Shown here: positions 41,286 to 51,652 of the stretch, in pieces | Layout: every line of letters begins with the position of its first letter | How positions within the stretch are numbered: position 1 is the stretch's first letter | DNA from: an uncultured Candidatus Saccharibacteria bacterium | Lineage (GTDB): Bacteria > Patescibacteriota > Saccharimonadia > Saccharimonadales > 2-12-FULL-41-12 | DNA length: 64,000 nt | Direction of reading: 5' to 3' | NCBI GenBank assembly: GCA_964521095.1 | Contig: CAZFPJ010000001.1 | Coordinates: 132,149-196,148, forward strand | The notes under the pieces: model-generated | Told to the model about the DNA's origin: nothing | Database searches by the model: none | Seen by the model: the letters and a program-made list of their open reading frames with translations, nothing else | Program-made: the position numbers and the translations under genes

Positions 41286-41585
41286 ATGAAAACAGTTTCT
41301 GAAGGGACTCATCATAAACTACCAGAGGACCTAAAAAAGGCCCTATTGGCCGACGAAGACGCCTTAGAGCGCTGGGAAAATATAACACCACTAGCTAGGA
41401 GCGAGTGGATATGCTGGACTATCACTGTAAAACAAGAAAAAACCCGCAAAGAACATGTCAAAAGAACAGTCGAAGAGCTGTTGCAAGGCAAGCGACGACC
41501 ATGTTGCTGGGCTGGTTGTCCACACCGAAAAGATAAATCAATGAGCCCTTCTCAAAAATGGGTTTTTGGTAAGCAAAAATCGTAA
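41286..41585 (+). CDS. YdeI/OmpD-associated (DUF1801-like) family protein
   Basis: 99 aa. ...LERWENITPLARSEWICWTITVKQEKTRKEHVKRTVEEL matches this family's typical C-terminal region. Tentative. Confidence 0.35.
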   Translation: MKTVSEGTHHKLPEDLKKALLADEDALERWENITPLARSEWICWTITVKQEKTRKEHVKRTVEELLQGKRRPCCWAGCPHRKDKSMSPSQKWVFGKQKS

Positions 41586-41590
41586 TATCT

Positions 41591-42322
41591 CTACCGTTTT
41601 AAGTCTATCCAAACATCGTTTTGGGCGAGATTAGCCTCGTTGCAAGGGTCGATAGATCGTTTCCATCTGAGCGTATCATCCATTGATCCATCTTTTGGGT
41701 TGATGTTTGTGTAATGGAATATATGAGCATTTGTGATTGCGTTGGTGTCAACTTGCTCGATTTGCGACAGATTCAACCCATCTAGGGGTAGATGGGCCGA
41801 CCACATAAGATCACGGTGAGTCATTAGTAGCGCAGTATCATTACTGCTTAGTAAACTATCCAAAAAAGTTGTCAGCCTATCGGCAACTCTTAGCAATGAT
41901 TCTCCTTCGGGGGGAGTCCAGTGAAATGGATGCTCTAACATATGCTCGTAACTATCAGGGAACTGTTCTTGGTGCTGTTTTTTTGTCATACCCTGCACAG
42001 CACCTCTGTCGCGTTCTGTGAGTGCCGGTTCGCGTACCCACTTTGCACTTGGGTCTAACGAATTCGCAGACTGGAGAGTTCTGGGCAGGGGAGAAGTTAA
42101 GTGCGCATCAAATTTATCGAGCGAATAGGGTTTTAGTATAAACTGAGCAATCCACCGACCAGCCTGCTGGGACTGTTTGTGCCCGAGCTCTGTTTGGCCT
42201 TCATCTTTGGGGTGCTTGCTTGTAGTATATTCTTCGCCTCGTTTCCATGCCTCGCGCCGAGCATCACCTTCGCTCTGCCCGTGGCGCACTAGTACTAGGT
42301 GTTTTGGCTTGTGTTCTGACAT
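41591..42322 (-). CDS. histidine phosphatase family protein
   Basis: LVLVRHGQSEGD (RHG motif). Confidence 0.6.
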   Translation of the reverse strand: MSEHKPKHLVLVRHGQSEGDARREAWKRGEEYTTSKHPKDEGQTELGHKQSQQAGRWIAQFILKPYSLDKFDAHLTSPLPRTLQSANSLDPSAKWVREPALTERDRGAVQGMTKKQHQEQFPDSYEHMLEHPFHWTPPEGESLLRVADRLTTFLDSLLSSNDTALLMTHRDLMWSAHLPLDGLNLSQIEQVDTNAITNAHIFHYTNINPKDGSMDDTLRWKRSIDPCNEANLAQNDVWIDLKR

Positions 42323-42337
42323 ATTATCTTTAGTACC

Positions 42338-43537
42338 CTAGCGGTACATTCTGTCCTTAAATCTCTCATTAATATATACCAACACTGTCCCGGCGCTCAA
42401 TGACAGCATCATCAATGCTGGTGCAAAAGAGTGGTACCGCTGGTAGGTAAGGCCCAAAATTAGAGGAGGCAAAAAACCACCAAAACCACCGATAGCGCCC
42501 ACTATGCCAGTTACAGAGCCAACCAAACTCGGCTTTGTTCGTCTAGATAAAATGCCAAATACCGCGCCATTAACACAGCCCAGAACAAAAGCTAGCGACA
42601 AATATAATACGGTAGTAGCAAGATGTAGCGTCGGCTGAAAAGCAATTAACATAGCCAGAACCACGACTACAAAAAGGGCAGGGGGTATAACCCTAACCGC
42701 ACCCACCTTATCACTCATCCAACCGCCAAACGGCCTGGCAATGGTTGCTAGCAATATAAACCCTGCCGCCCTGGTAGCTGCATCTGTTAATTCCAGATTG
42801 TACTGAGTTTTTAGCAATACAGGCAAATAGACCCCAAAAGCTACAAAAGCACCAAAAGTTATCGCATAAACCACAGATAAATCCCAGGTCATCCTCTCTT
42901 TACTAGCCAACCGTAGAGATTTGAGCGGTGGGGTTTTTGCTGGCTTCCATAGCGGTGAATCTTTGCCCCAAAGCAAGAATACTCCGCCGATCATAGCCAA
43001 AAGCCCTGCCACTATGAAAAAAGTTTCGCTCCTGCCAAAATGATTAGACATTGATGGAGTTAAGAATCCAGAGAGCGCTGTTCCGGCATTGCCCATACTG
43101 TACAGTCCCAGCATTAAACCTCTTTTACTTGGCTCGAACCAAGCGCTGACAAAAGGGATACCAATCACAAAAGAAGCACCGCCAAAGCCCAAAAAGAAAG
43201 CCACAAAAACCAGAGCCCAATAGCTAGAAACGCATGCTAATCCGACGACCGGCAAAACCATGAACAGGCTAATAACGGCAAACATTTTTCGTCCACCAAG
43301 CTTGTCGGTTAAAGCACCAATAAATAACCGACCAAGCGAACCGATAATGACCGGCACAGCCAGCAAAACAGATAGCATAACCGGCTCTAAGCTTAGTTCT
43401 TGAGCGTACTTTACGCCCAGCGGGCTAAGTAGCGACCACGCCCAAAAATTCAAGATAAGAGCACAAAATGCCATACCTAAGGCAAGATAGGCATTTTTCC
43501 GTTGTATTGTGTTTGTTTCTTTCTGCACGATTAACAC
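42338..43537 (-). CDS. MFS transporter
   Basis: 399 aa and 12 predicted TM helices, with a G-R-L-x-G-A-L-T-D-K-L-G-G-R-K loop 2-3 motif. Confidence 0.7.
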   Translation of the reverse strand: MLIVQKETNTIQRKNAYLALGMAFCALILNFWAWSLLSPLGVKYAQELSLEPVMLSVLLAVPVIIGSLGRLFIGALTDKLGGRKMFAVISLFMVLPVVGLACVSSYWALVFVAFFLGFGGASFVIGIPFVSAWFEPSKRGLMLGLYSMGNAGTALSGFLTPSMSNHFGRSETFFIVAGLLAMIGGVFLLWGKDSPLWKPAKTPPLKSLRLASKERMTWDLSVVYAITFGAFVAFGVYLPVLLKTQYNLELTDAATRAAGFILLATIARPFGGWMSDKVGAVRVIPPALFVVVVLAMLIAFQPTLHLATTVLYLSLAFVLGCVNGAVFGILSRRTKPSLVGSVTGIVGAIGGFGGFLPPLILGLTYQRYHSFAPALMMLSLSAGTVLVYINERFKDRMYR

Positions 43538-43546
43538 ATTCGATTT

Positions 43547-45019
43547 TTAGATCGCGCCTTCCCAGTCGAAAAGCAATGTATCTTCGCGGTAGCCACCACG
43601 ACCACGACCAATCTGCGAATAATCGTCCGTAAACTCTATAGACCTTATCCATTTGGCCGATTTATAGCCCACTTTGTTCTCAACCCTTAGGCGGATTGGG
43701 TCACCATGGTTAAGAGGCAGGTCCTTGCCGTTCATCTCATAAGCAAGCATCGTTTGCGCGTCTTTTAAGTCGCTAGTCCGAATACTTGCATAGTAATTGT
43801 AACCATCTGCATAGACATCGTAACAATGAAATACAGCATACTTAGCACCTTTTTTAGGCTTACATAGTTTCAATATATCGCGCGTTGGCAGTCCAGCCCA
43901 CTCGGCAACACCAGACCAGCCCTGAATGCAGTTATGCTTGGTAATCTGAGTCTGTTTACGCATAGATTTTATGTCTTCCATAGATAGCTCTATGGGATTA
44001 TCTACCATGCCATAAATCTTTAGGCGATAATCTTTAAAATGCCCCTCGCGAAGCTTGTGATATTCTTCGGTTTCTGGAGGATAACCATTGACCCTAAAAA
44101 ATGGTGAGATGTCTTTCTTGCTATATTTCTGGCGAGACCTTAGCCCACCAAACAGAAGCCTAACGATTGGGGTGTAGAACCTAATTAAGATACCCCTGAG
44201 TTTAATCGGGTGGCGTAGGGTAAATAAAGTCGCCCAAATATTAAAGACAAGAATAAGAATAGCTATTATAAAGAACAGTGTTAGCGCTTTGGCAAAGTCC
44301 ATATCAGCGTTACCCGAAACAAAAAGTCCTATACTACTATAAAAGTGTAGTCCCATAGTGATGGTGATATGCATCAATATAAATAGCGAGAAACCGATCA
44401 TTGCTAGAAAGTGCAAGCTCCGTGCCACCTGGCGCCGGCCACCAAATATTATTAAATACTTTGGGAATCTGCCAATAAATGCTGGTGACATAGCCAGCCC
44501 CGACAAAATTTGCACTGGCGCCAAAACAAAAACAATTAATGCATAGGTTATCTGTTGGAGGGCATTATATGTCGCACCCTCAGGCGGAATATTGAGCGTT
44601 AAATATTGACCCATAACATTTATGGCCTCAGGGAAAACACCCCAACTGGTCGGGATAAGCCGAGACCACGCTCCAGTTGCTAGCATAAAACCCATGTATA
44701 TTGCGCCTGTTACAACCCAGATGATCGCAAAGGTAAAGTGCCAATGTCGTCCTGCCCCCAAAAAATCATGGGCTCCCGGTAGAGCAAGAGCTCTTTTCGG
44801 AGGCGATTCTGCCTCGTCACGAGCAGTCCAGAGCTTGTCCTTTGGTTGCACTTTTTTACCAAATCGTATCCACCAGTTTTCGTCAGAAGTATGGTCCGTC
44901 CAGTACAGCTTTGGGTGGTCGTAAAGAATCTGGATGCCACTACGAATAAGGATTATGAGACAGAAAAGATTGATCAGATGCAGAATCACAATAAATAACG
45001 GTAAGTGAACTGTTTCCAT
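43547..45019 (-). CDS. membrane heme-b domain fused to a sulfite-oxidase-family molybdopterin oxidoreductase domain (MsrQ::MsrP-like fusion)
   Basis: The N-terminal ~300 aa is polytopic with conserved His pairs. The C-terminal ~190 aa has HNCIQGWSGVAEWAGLP and NGKDLPLNHGDPIRLRVENKVGYKSAKWIRSIEF, typical of the Oxidored_molyb domain. Confidence 0.55.
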   Translation of the reverse strand: METVHLPLFIVILHLINLFCLIILIRSGIQILYDHPKLYWTDHTSDENWWIRFGKKVQPKDKLWTARDEAESPPKRALALPGAHDFLGAGRHWHFTFAIIWVVTGAIYMGFMLATGAWSRLIPTSWGVFPEAINVMGQYLTLNIPPEGATYNALQQITYALIVFVLAPVQILSGLAMSPAFIGRFPKYLIIFGGRRQVARSLHFLAMIGFSLFILMHITITMGLHFYSSIGLFVSGNADMDFAKALTLFFIIAILILVFNIWATLFTLRHPIKLRGILIRFYTPIVRLLFGGLRSRQKYSKKDISPFFRVNGYPPETEEYHKLREGHFKDYRLKIYGMVDNPIELSMEDIKSMRKQTQITKHNCIQGWSGVAEWAGLPTRDILKLCKPKKGAKYAVFHCYDVYADGYNYYASIRTSDLKDAQTMLAYEMNGKDLPLNHGDPIRLRVENKVGYKSAKWIRSIEFTDDYSQIGRGRGGYREDTLLFDWEGAI

Positions 45020-45136
45020 ATTGATACTATACCTTACAAGTCAACAATTTAGAAAATACAATGCTTTTGTTTAATCTGACAATATGCTACTCTTATGGAC
45101 GATTAGTAAAACCATAAAAATAAAAAGGAAATAAAA

Positions 45137-45685
45137 ATGAAAAAAGCCGAAAGAAAGATAGTAGACAAGGTATTCATATTGCTAGGTGTAGCTGCAACTG
45201 CCATGCTCCTAATAGTCGGAGCGCTAGCTTGGTATGGACAAAGCTTTGCATCTAACATGGTAAAGAATGAGCTGTCTGCACAGAGGATATTTTTCCCAGA
45301 AGCCAATAGTCCAGCCCTCAAAGCATTGCCGGACAGCGACAGGGTAGAGATGACTAAATTCGCTGGGCAACAGCTAACTACTGGTCAGCAAGCTAAAGTG
45401 TACGCAGACAACTACATCAAACCCCATCTAGCCAAGATAGCGGGTGGCAAAACCTACTCCGAAGTAAGCACTTTATCTATGAAGGATCCTAATAATAAAG
45501 AACTACAAGCAAAAAAAACAAGCTTATTCCAAGGTGAAACACTAAGAGGCATGCTAATCGGAAGTGGTTATGCTTACTGGACATTTGGCATGATAGCTAA
45601 ATGGGCAGCCATAGTTGCATTTGCTGGAGCAGGTCTAATGACTGTCCTGATGCTTCTCGGATTACGACATATCTCTAAGGCCTAG
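45137..45685 (+). CDS. hypothetical protein with N- and C-terminal TM segments
   Basis: 182 aa; a strong RBS (AAAGGAAATAAAAATG). Confidence 0.35.
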   Translation: MKKAERKIVDKVFILLGVAATAMLLIVGALAWYGQSFASNMVKNELSAQRIFFPEANSPALKALPDSDRVEMTKFAGQQLTTGQQAKVYADNYIKPHLAKIAGGKTYSEVSTLSMKDPNNKELQAKKTSLFQGETLRGMLIGSGYAYWTFGMIAKWAAIVAFAGAGLMTVLMLLGLRHISKA

Positions 45686-45715
45686 TTGATTGGCCAACAA
45701 TCAGTCCTGGTTAGA

Positions 45716-46432
45716 TCAGACTACTGCGCCTACAAAGTGACCAATTATTCCGGTGACCAGCATGGCTATCCCTCCGCCAATCAATACTCGAAAAGCGGCC
45801 CACCATCTGTTACCTCCGCCAATAAATGCGCCGACTGCACCAGAAGCAGCCAGAGTAATCATCGCAGAAATAACTATTGCCCATGCGTTGTGCCACAACA
45901 AAGACGCTAGGATTGGCCAAACCGCACCAATCGTAAAGGCTATTGCCGATGCGATGGCTGCCAACCATGGGCTAGGCAAATCATCTTCGTCGATTCCAAG
46001 TTCATCGCGAGCGTGTGCTCCAACCGCGTCGTGCTCGTGCAGTTGTTCTGCTACTTTCTTAGCAAGAGATGGCGTTAACCCCCTCTCTACATAGATAGCT
46101 GTTAGCTCAGCTTTTTCTCCTTCTGGGTTTTTGGCGATAGATTTCTCCTCGATAGCAATATCTGCCTCTTCGCTGTCTCGTTGAGAACTAACAGAAACAT
46201 ATTCGCCAGCAGCCATAGATAATGCTCCAGCTACAAGCCCGGCAATACCCGCTGTCAAGATTGTTGCTTGCGTAGCAGTTGCGGTCGCTACACCGACCAT
46301 AATTGAAGCTGTCGAAACAACCCCGTCGTTAACACCAAGAACGGCGGCCCTAAGCCACTGTGATCTATGAGATTTATGTTCTTCGTCATGAGGTTGTGAA
46401 GGGGCTACAAAGTCTGTAATGTGTTTTGTCAT
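45716..46432 (-). CDS. VIT1/CCC1-family iron/manganese transporter
   Basis: LRAAVLGVNDGVVSTASIMVGVA is the VIT family signature. It has an N-terminal soluble domain. Confidence 0.7.
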   Translation of the reverse strand: MTKHITDFVAPSQPHDEEHKSHRSQWLRAAVLGVNDGVVSTASIMVGVATATATQATILTAGIAGLVAGALSMAAGEYVSVSSQRDSEEADIAIEEKSIAKNPEGEKAELTAIYVERGLTPSLAKKVAEQLHEHDAVGAHARDELGIDEDDLPSPWLAAIASAIAFTIGAVWPILASLLWHNAWAIVISAMITLAASGAVGAFIGGGNRWWAAFRVLIGGGIAMLVTGIIGHFVGAVV

Positions 46433-46506
46433 CGTACAATTATACCAAAAAGCTAACTGCCTATGCTTGCAAAATTAACAGAGGTGGGTTATTCTCATGC
46501 GTAGAA

Positions 46507-47811
46507 ATGTCTGTAGATGTAATAGTTGGTCTGCAACGAGGAGACGAAGGCAAAGGCCGATTCGTGGACCTCGAGGCAGAAAAATATGATGTGGTAGCCC
46601 GCGGTAATGGCGGAGCTAATGCTGGCCACACCATAGCTCCAGAGGGCTTGGAACCTTTTGCGCTCCACCAGATTCCTTCTGGCATAGCCTATTCTGACAA
46701 GATAAATATTATAGGTAATGGCACTTATTTAGACCCCCGTAGACTAACCGACGAGATTGCAGATGCTAGAAATTCTGGCTTACAAGTAAGTCCAGAAAAC
46801 TTACTTATAAGTGACATAGCTCAGTTGGTATTACCTCACCACATTAGATTGGACCACATCAGAGAGGAAGGGCGAGGCAAGCAGGGTAGCACTAAGTCTG
46901 GTATAGCTTTTGTTGCATCAGATAAATACTTACGAGAAGGTGTTCGTGCCGAAGATATATTGGGTGCTAGCAAAAAACAACTACGGAGTATCGCTCTAAA
47001 TGGATTGACGGACATCTACACAAGAGTCACTGAACCTACAAAAGACATATCTGCCGAATTCAGGCAAGAGGCCAACGAGTGGGCAGATGCCTGCGAAGAG
47101 CTCAAACCATACCTAGCAGATACCGTAAGCACTATGCGTGACTTTTTAGCAGATGAAAAACGCGTATTAGCCGAAGGCGCCCAGGCCTACTGGCTAGACA
47201 TAAACCATGGCATGTACCCCTTTGTGACATCATCTTCTACTACTGTTAATGGGCTTATGGATGGGTTAGGCCTGTCCCACAAAGATATAGGCCGAGTAAC
47301 CGGCGTGGCAAAGATGGTCCGCTCGCATGTTGGCGGAGGGCCTTTTGTTACTCGCATCACCGACCCAGCGCTGGCAAAAAACCTTCGTGGAGAGAAAAAT
47401 GATGTTGATGGCGAATATGGTGCGACCACCAAACGCGAGAGAGAAGTCGGCTATCCAGACTTTGTAGAACTTCGTAATGCTATAGATGGCAACGGCGTAG
47501 ATAAACTGGTTTTGTCAAAGATGGACTGTGTCCACAAGTTCGGCGAAACAGTATTTATTGCCCTCGAGTATGAACTTGACGGCAAAAGAATAAGCAGAGC
47601 GCCAAGTTCGGCTAAAGACCTAGCTAAATGCAAGCCGATCTACGAAGAACTACCAACTTGGCCCTCAAGCCTATCTTTTGTCCAATATCAAAATGAACTA
47701 CCTGAAAAAGCAAAGAACTTAATCCAATTTACAGAAGAATCTTTGGAGGTTGATATCTCTATGATAGGTGTTGGACCAAAGCGAAATCAAGTTGTCGACC
47801 TCGAACGATAG
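46507..47811 (+). CDS. purA: adenylosuccinate synthetase
   Basis: GLQRGDEGKGRFVD (the QWGDEGKGK P-loop equivalent), GNGGANAGHT and GTTKREREVG. The start was set at the ATG at 46507. Confidence 0.85.
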   Translation: MSVDVIVGLQRGDEGKGRFVDLEAEKYDVVARGNGGANAGHTIAPEGLEPFALHQIPSGIAYSDKINIIGNGTYLDPRRLTDEIADARNSGLQVSPENLLISDIAQLVLPHHIRLDHIREEGRGKQGSTKSGIAFVASDKYLREGVRAEDILGASKKQLRSIALNGLTDIYTRVTEPTKDISAEFRQEANEWADACEELKPYLADTVSTMRDFLADEKRVLAEGAQAYWLDINHGMYPFVTSSSTTVNGLMDGLGLSHKDIGRVTGVAKMVRSHVGGGPFVTRITDPALAKNLRGEKNDVDGEYGATTKREREVGYPDFVELRNAIDGNGVDKLVLSKMDCVHKFGETVFIALEYELDGKRISRAPSSAKDLAKCKPIYEELPTWPSSLSFVQYQNELPEKAKNLIQFTEESLEVDISMIGVGPKRNQVVDLER

Positions 47812-47815
47812 ACTC

Positions 47816-49315
47816 CTACTGTATGATGTCGTGAGGCCGTGATTCTGCAATGCCAGAGTTGGTTATACGGGTTAATTTAGTCTCTCTGATATGCGATTCT
47901 ATATCTGGTGCGTTAACATAGGCCATACTCTTTCGCAGAGCAAGCACCAACTTGCCCACAACATCATGTACAGACCCTTTGTATGGCACATAGCCCTCTA
48001 CACCCTCGGCCAACATAACGGCCGAACCGTTATCTTGCCCGTATCGAAGCCGGGCGGCCACACTATCGCGCATAGCACCTAAAGACCCCATGCCTCTATA
48101 GGCTTTTACTCGGCTGTTGTCTGATAATATCTTAATCTCTCCGGGAGACTCGTCGGTTCCTGCTAGTAGACTCCCTAGCATAATTGAATTTGCACCAGAA
48201 GCAATGGCAATAGATGCATCACCCTTGTCTACAATGCCACCGTCGGCACAAATTGGAACACCTGTATCACCAATAGCTCTATGGCATTCGGCAACAGCCG
48301 AAACCTGGGGGCGACCTATGCCAGTTTCTTGCCTGGTAGTACAGATAGATCCAGGACCTTGCCCAACCTTAACCCCGTCGGCACCGTTAGCCACTAATAG
48401 TCGAGCCGAAACTCCTTCTGAAACATTACCAACAACAACATCTATATCCGGAAAATCACCCTTCATGTTAGATAGTTCGGTTACCACATCTTTTAAAGTC
48501 CTAATACCAAATTGCGAATCGCCAGCCGCACTGTCTATAACCACTACATCCACATATTCTTTTATCATGTCGAGTCGTTCCAGCGCAGACTCTCCGGTCG
48601 GGATCGCTGCTCCAACCCTGAGCCGACCCCTGCTGTCAAGATTAAAAGGGCTCTTGTCTTCCTCTACCTTTCTGCGAGCGTCCGAATACAAGTACATACC
48701 TTCTAACCGCCCGTCTTCACCAACTAGCGGAAGTGTTTTTTTCTTATTTTTTCTCATAGCATCATATGCATCGGCGATGTTTGTGCCTGGCGCCATACTA
48801 ATAATCTCGCTCTTGGGCGTCATAGCATCCTGGGCCTTGTCGTTACTATCCGAAAACTCAAAATCGTTCTGAGACAACAAGCCGACAAACTTGCCGTCTG
48901 CATCGATAACCGGAAAAGTTCTAAAGTCTAGGCGCCTATCTTCGCACTCATTCAAAATACTTTCTATGGTTCTGTCTTCATCAAAAGAGACTGGAGTTTC
49001 TATGAGGCGATTCAAGCTAAGCTTTACGCGCCTTACTTCTTTTTTTTGCTCTTCCGAAGACAAACCAGCGTGCACAATGCCAATTCCACCGAGTTCGGCC
49101 ATAGCAATAGCCATATCAGATGTAGTCACGGTATCCATGGCCGCGCTTACAATCGGCACCTTTAAATCAACATTTCTAGAAAATCGAGAAGCTATGCCTA
49201 CTTGGTGCGCGCCCACTTCACTAGGAGCAGTCCGCAAGCGGACATCATTAAAAGTCAGAGACAGATCTTGTTGTTCTAATCTGTCAAAAAAGGCTTCTTT
49301 CTCTGGAGTAAACAT
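47816..49315 (-). CDS. guaB: IMP dehydrogenase (with CBS pair)
   Basis: GIGPGSICTTR catalytic Cys loop, and a CBS insert region. The start was set at MFTPEKE (49315). Confidence 0.85.
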   Translation of the reverse strand: MFTPEKEAFFDRLEQQDLSLTFNDVRLRTAPSEVGAHQVGIASRFSRNVDLKVPIVSAAMDTVTTSDMAIAMAELGGIGIVHAGLSSEEQKKEVRRVKLSLNRLIETPVSFDEDRTIESILNECEDRRLDFRTFPVIDADGKFVGLLSQNDFEFSDSNDKAQDAMTPKSEIISMAPGTNIADAYDAMRKNKKKTLPLVGEDGRLEGMYLYSDARRKVEEDKSPFNLDSRGRLRVGAAIPTGESALERLDMIKEYVDVVVIDSAAGDSQFGIRTLKDVVTELSNMKGDFPDIDVVVGNVSEGVSARLLVANGADGVKVGQGPGSICTTRQETGIGRPQVSAVAECHRAIGDTGVPICADGGIVDKGDASIAIASGANSIMLGSLLAGTDESPGEIKILSDNSRVKAYRGMGSLGAMRDSVAARLRYGQDNGSAVMLAEGVEGYVPYKGSVHDVVGKLVLALRKSMAYVNAPDIESHIRETKLTRITNSGIAESRPHDIIQ

Positions 49316-49434
49316 AAAAACCCTCCTTTTTGTTCTAAAAATTGTAACACACGAACCCAGACAATCCGTCAAAAAACTATGCTAACAAGCTTGTGGTTGA
49401 ACTTGATTTTTTAAGATGCAATAATAGTAGCTTC

Positions 49435-49884
49435 ATGAAAGACAAACCTTTTAGTTACGAAGAGTTTAAAAGCATCTATTCTAAAGTGCCTCGACTGTGC
49501 GTAGATTTGATAGTCCAAACAGAGGAAGGCATTTTGCTAACCAAACGCGCTATGCCACCGTGCGAGGGGCAGTGGCACTTGCCGGGTGGAACCGTCTTGT
49601 TTAAAGAATCTATACCTGAAGCAATCGACCGAGTAGCTCAAGCCGAGATTGGCATAGGCGTAGAAGTTGTCAAAAATATAGGCTACATAGAATTTATGAA
49701 AGTCAACAACCTAGGCGGATTCGATCATCCGATTAGCCTTGCGTTTTTGTGCAAACCAAAAACTCTAGACATAAAGCTAGATGCGCAAGCATCCGAATAC
49801 GCATTTTTTAAGGCGATACCCGAGAATACCCTAAAAGAACAAGCAGACTTCCTCCAAAAAACCCTCGTAGAGACTGTAATCTAA
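49435..49884 (+). CDS. NUDIX hydrolase
   Basis: GGTVLFKESIPEAIDRVAQAEIGI matches the Nudix box (G-x5-E-x7-R-E-x2-E-E-x-G-U). Confidence 0.5.
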   Translation: MKDKPFSYEEFKSIYSKVPRLCVDLIVQTEEGILLTKRAMPPCEGQWHLPGGTVLFKESIPEAIDRVAQAEIGIGVEVVKNIGYIEFMKVNNLGGFDHPISLAFLCKPKTLDIKLDAQASEYAFFKAIPENTLKEQADFLQKTLVETVI

Positions 49885-49934
49885 CTCACAGACAATTCAG
49901 ATTTCTCTCAGGTATAGTCTATAATGTAGGTGTC

Positions 49935-50618
49935 ATGAGAATATTAATCGTAGAAGACGATCACAAAATTGCAGGGGCCATTAAACGAGGTCTAGAGAGG
50001 CAGTCGTACGCTGTAGATGTGTGCTATGACTCGGACAAGGGGCTAAGCATGGCCCTAAACGAGCCGTATGACCTTATTATATTAGACCGCATGCTACCGG
50101 GCTCTACGGATGGCATTGGTATCGTCAAAACCATGCGAGAAAAGCAAAACCATACACCAGTTTTGCTACTAACAGCCAAAGATGGTGTGTTAGAGCGCGC
50201 GGCTGGTCTCAATAGCGGGGCAGACGACTACATGACCAAGCCCTTTGCCTTTGTGGAGTTAATTGCCCGCGTTAGGGCGCTACTGCGTCGACCAAAAGAG
50301 ACTGTTGATAACATCCTAAAATACGAAGACATAGAAGTAGACACAGAAAATTTCATAGTCACCAGACAGGGCAAGCATATTGAGCTAACTCATCTAGAAT
50401 TCGCTCTACTAGAGTTTTTTGTACGCAACAAAGAACGCACCCTTAGTAAAGATCAGATTATTCAAAATGTTTGGGACTATGACGCCGATATCTTACCCAA
50501 CACCGTAGAGGTTTATGTTGGTTATCTGCGCAACAAAATAGATCGTCCTTTCAAAAATAGCCCAGATCTCATAAATACCAAGCGAGGCTTTGGCTACTTT
50601 TTTGGACTAAAGCCTTAA
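49935..50618 (+). CDS. OmpR-family two-component response regulator
   Basis: A receiver domain (MRILIVEDD…DLIILDRMLP) plus a winged-helix C-terminus. Confidence 0.85.
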   Translation: MRILIVEDDHKIAGAIKRGLERQSYAVDVCYDSDKGLSMALNEPYDLIILDRMLPGSTDGIGIVKTMREKQNHTPVLLLTAKDGVLERAAGLNSGADDYMTKPFAFVELIARVRALLRRPKETVDNILKYEDIEVDTENFIVTRQGKHIELTHLEFALLEFFVRNKERTLSKDQIIQNVWDYDADILPNTVEVYVGYLRNKIDRPFKNSPDLINTKRGFGYFFGLKP

Positions 50619-50634
50619 AGGTGCATCAACAATA

Positions 50635-51645
50635 ATGTTTAAGAAAACAACCTTTCGGCTAACAGCTATCTACCTAACTATCCTCATGTTGATTAGCTTG
50701 TTCTTTAGCGCTAGCTTGTACAACATACTATCCAACGAGCTTAACCGTAGTGTAGCGCGACAAACACAGATGCTAGACAACTCTCTGTTTGGACCAATAG
50801 CACCTTCGTACGAAGACAACCTCCACTCTCAACGCGACAAGATTTTAGATGATGCGCACAACAGACTGGTTTTGCGTATAGCAATAATAAACCTGCTTAT
50901 TTTAGTAGGCGGTGGACTGCTTAGCTACGCATTAGCTCGCAAAACTTTAGAGCCAATCAGGGAAGTCCACGAGTCTCAAAGTCGATTTATAGCCGATGCC
51001 AGCCACGAGCTACGCACCCCAATTACAGCTATGAAGACCGAAGCAGAGGTGGCCTTGGATGATAATAAATTATCTTCGGTGAAAATGAGAAAGTTATTAC
51101 AGAGCAACATCGAAGAGCTAGACAAGCTGACCGCATTGACCGATGGACTTTTGCGTTTGGCCAAGCTCGACGGCAGTAGTCATCAAAAAGATATCATCAA
51201 CATCGACGAAGTTATTCAAGATGCAATCGACAAAGTACTACCCCTGGCTGAAAACAAAAAGATACTCATTAATCCTCGCGTTAAAAAAGCTAAAATTATC
51301 GGAGATAAGCACCTAATAACCGAGATGCTGGTAACGATCTTGGACAACGCTATTAAATACAGCCCTAATAAAACAGAGGTCTCGGTCCGAACAATATCGA
51401 CAAAAACTCATGTCAAAATAGCCGTTTCGGACTGCGGGGAAGGCATCCGTGCATCCGAACTTGGCCGTATATTTGACCGATTTTATAGAGTAGACGGATC
51501 GCGCACCAAAACAAAAGCCGGAGGCTATGGGCTTGGCCTAGCTATAGCCAAGAGTATCGCAGATAGTCACAAAGGCTCAATTGATGTTGCCAGTAGTACT
51601 GGCAGTGGCACGGTTTTTACAATCAATCTGCCTAGAGTATACTAA
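50635..51645 (+). CDS. sensor histidine kinase
   Basis: Two TM helices, an H-box ADASHELRTPIT, and N/G1/G2 boxes (GGYGLGLAIA). Confidence 0.8.
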   Translation: MFKKTTFRLTAIYLTILMLISLFFSASLYNILSNELNRSVARQTQMLDNSLFGPIAPSYEDNLHSQRDKILDDAHNRLVLRIAIINLLILVGGGLLSYALARKTLEPIREVHESQSRFIADASHELRTPITAMKTEAEVALDDNKLSSVKMRKLLQSNIEELDKLTALTDGLLRLAKLDGSSHQKDIINIDEVIQDAIDKVLPLAENKKILINPRVKKAKIIGDKHLITEMLVTILDNAIKYSPNKTEVSVRTISTKTHVKIAVSDCGEGIRASELGRIFDRFYRVDGSRTKTKAGGYGLGLAIAKSIADSHKGSIDVASSTGSGTVFTINLPRVY

Positions 51646-51652
51646 TCTCAAG

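Noticed and set aside
46426-46506. 27-codon N-terminal extension of purA
   Set aside because: It overlaps the VIT1 gene start region on the opposite strand. The conserved PurA N-terminus (MSVDVIVGLQRGDEGKG) begins at the ATG at 46507.
48117-49385. Plus-strand ORFs (251 aa and 164 aa) antisense to guaB
   Set aside because: They are shadow ORFs inside IMP dehydrogenase, with Ser/Pro-rich compositions.
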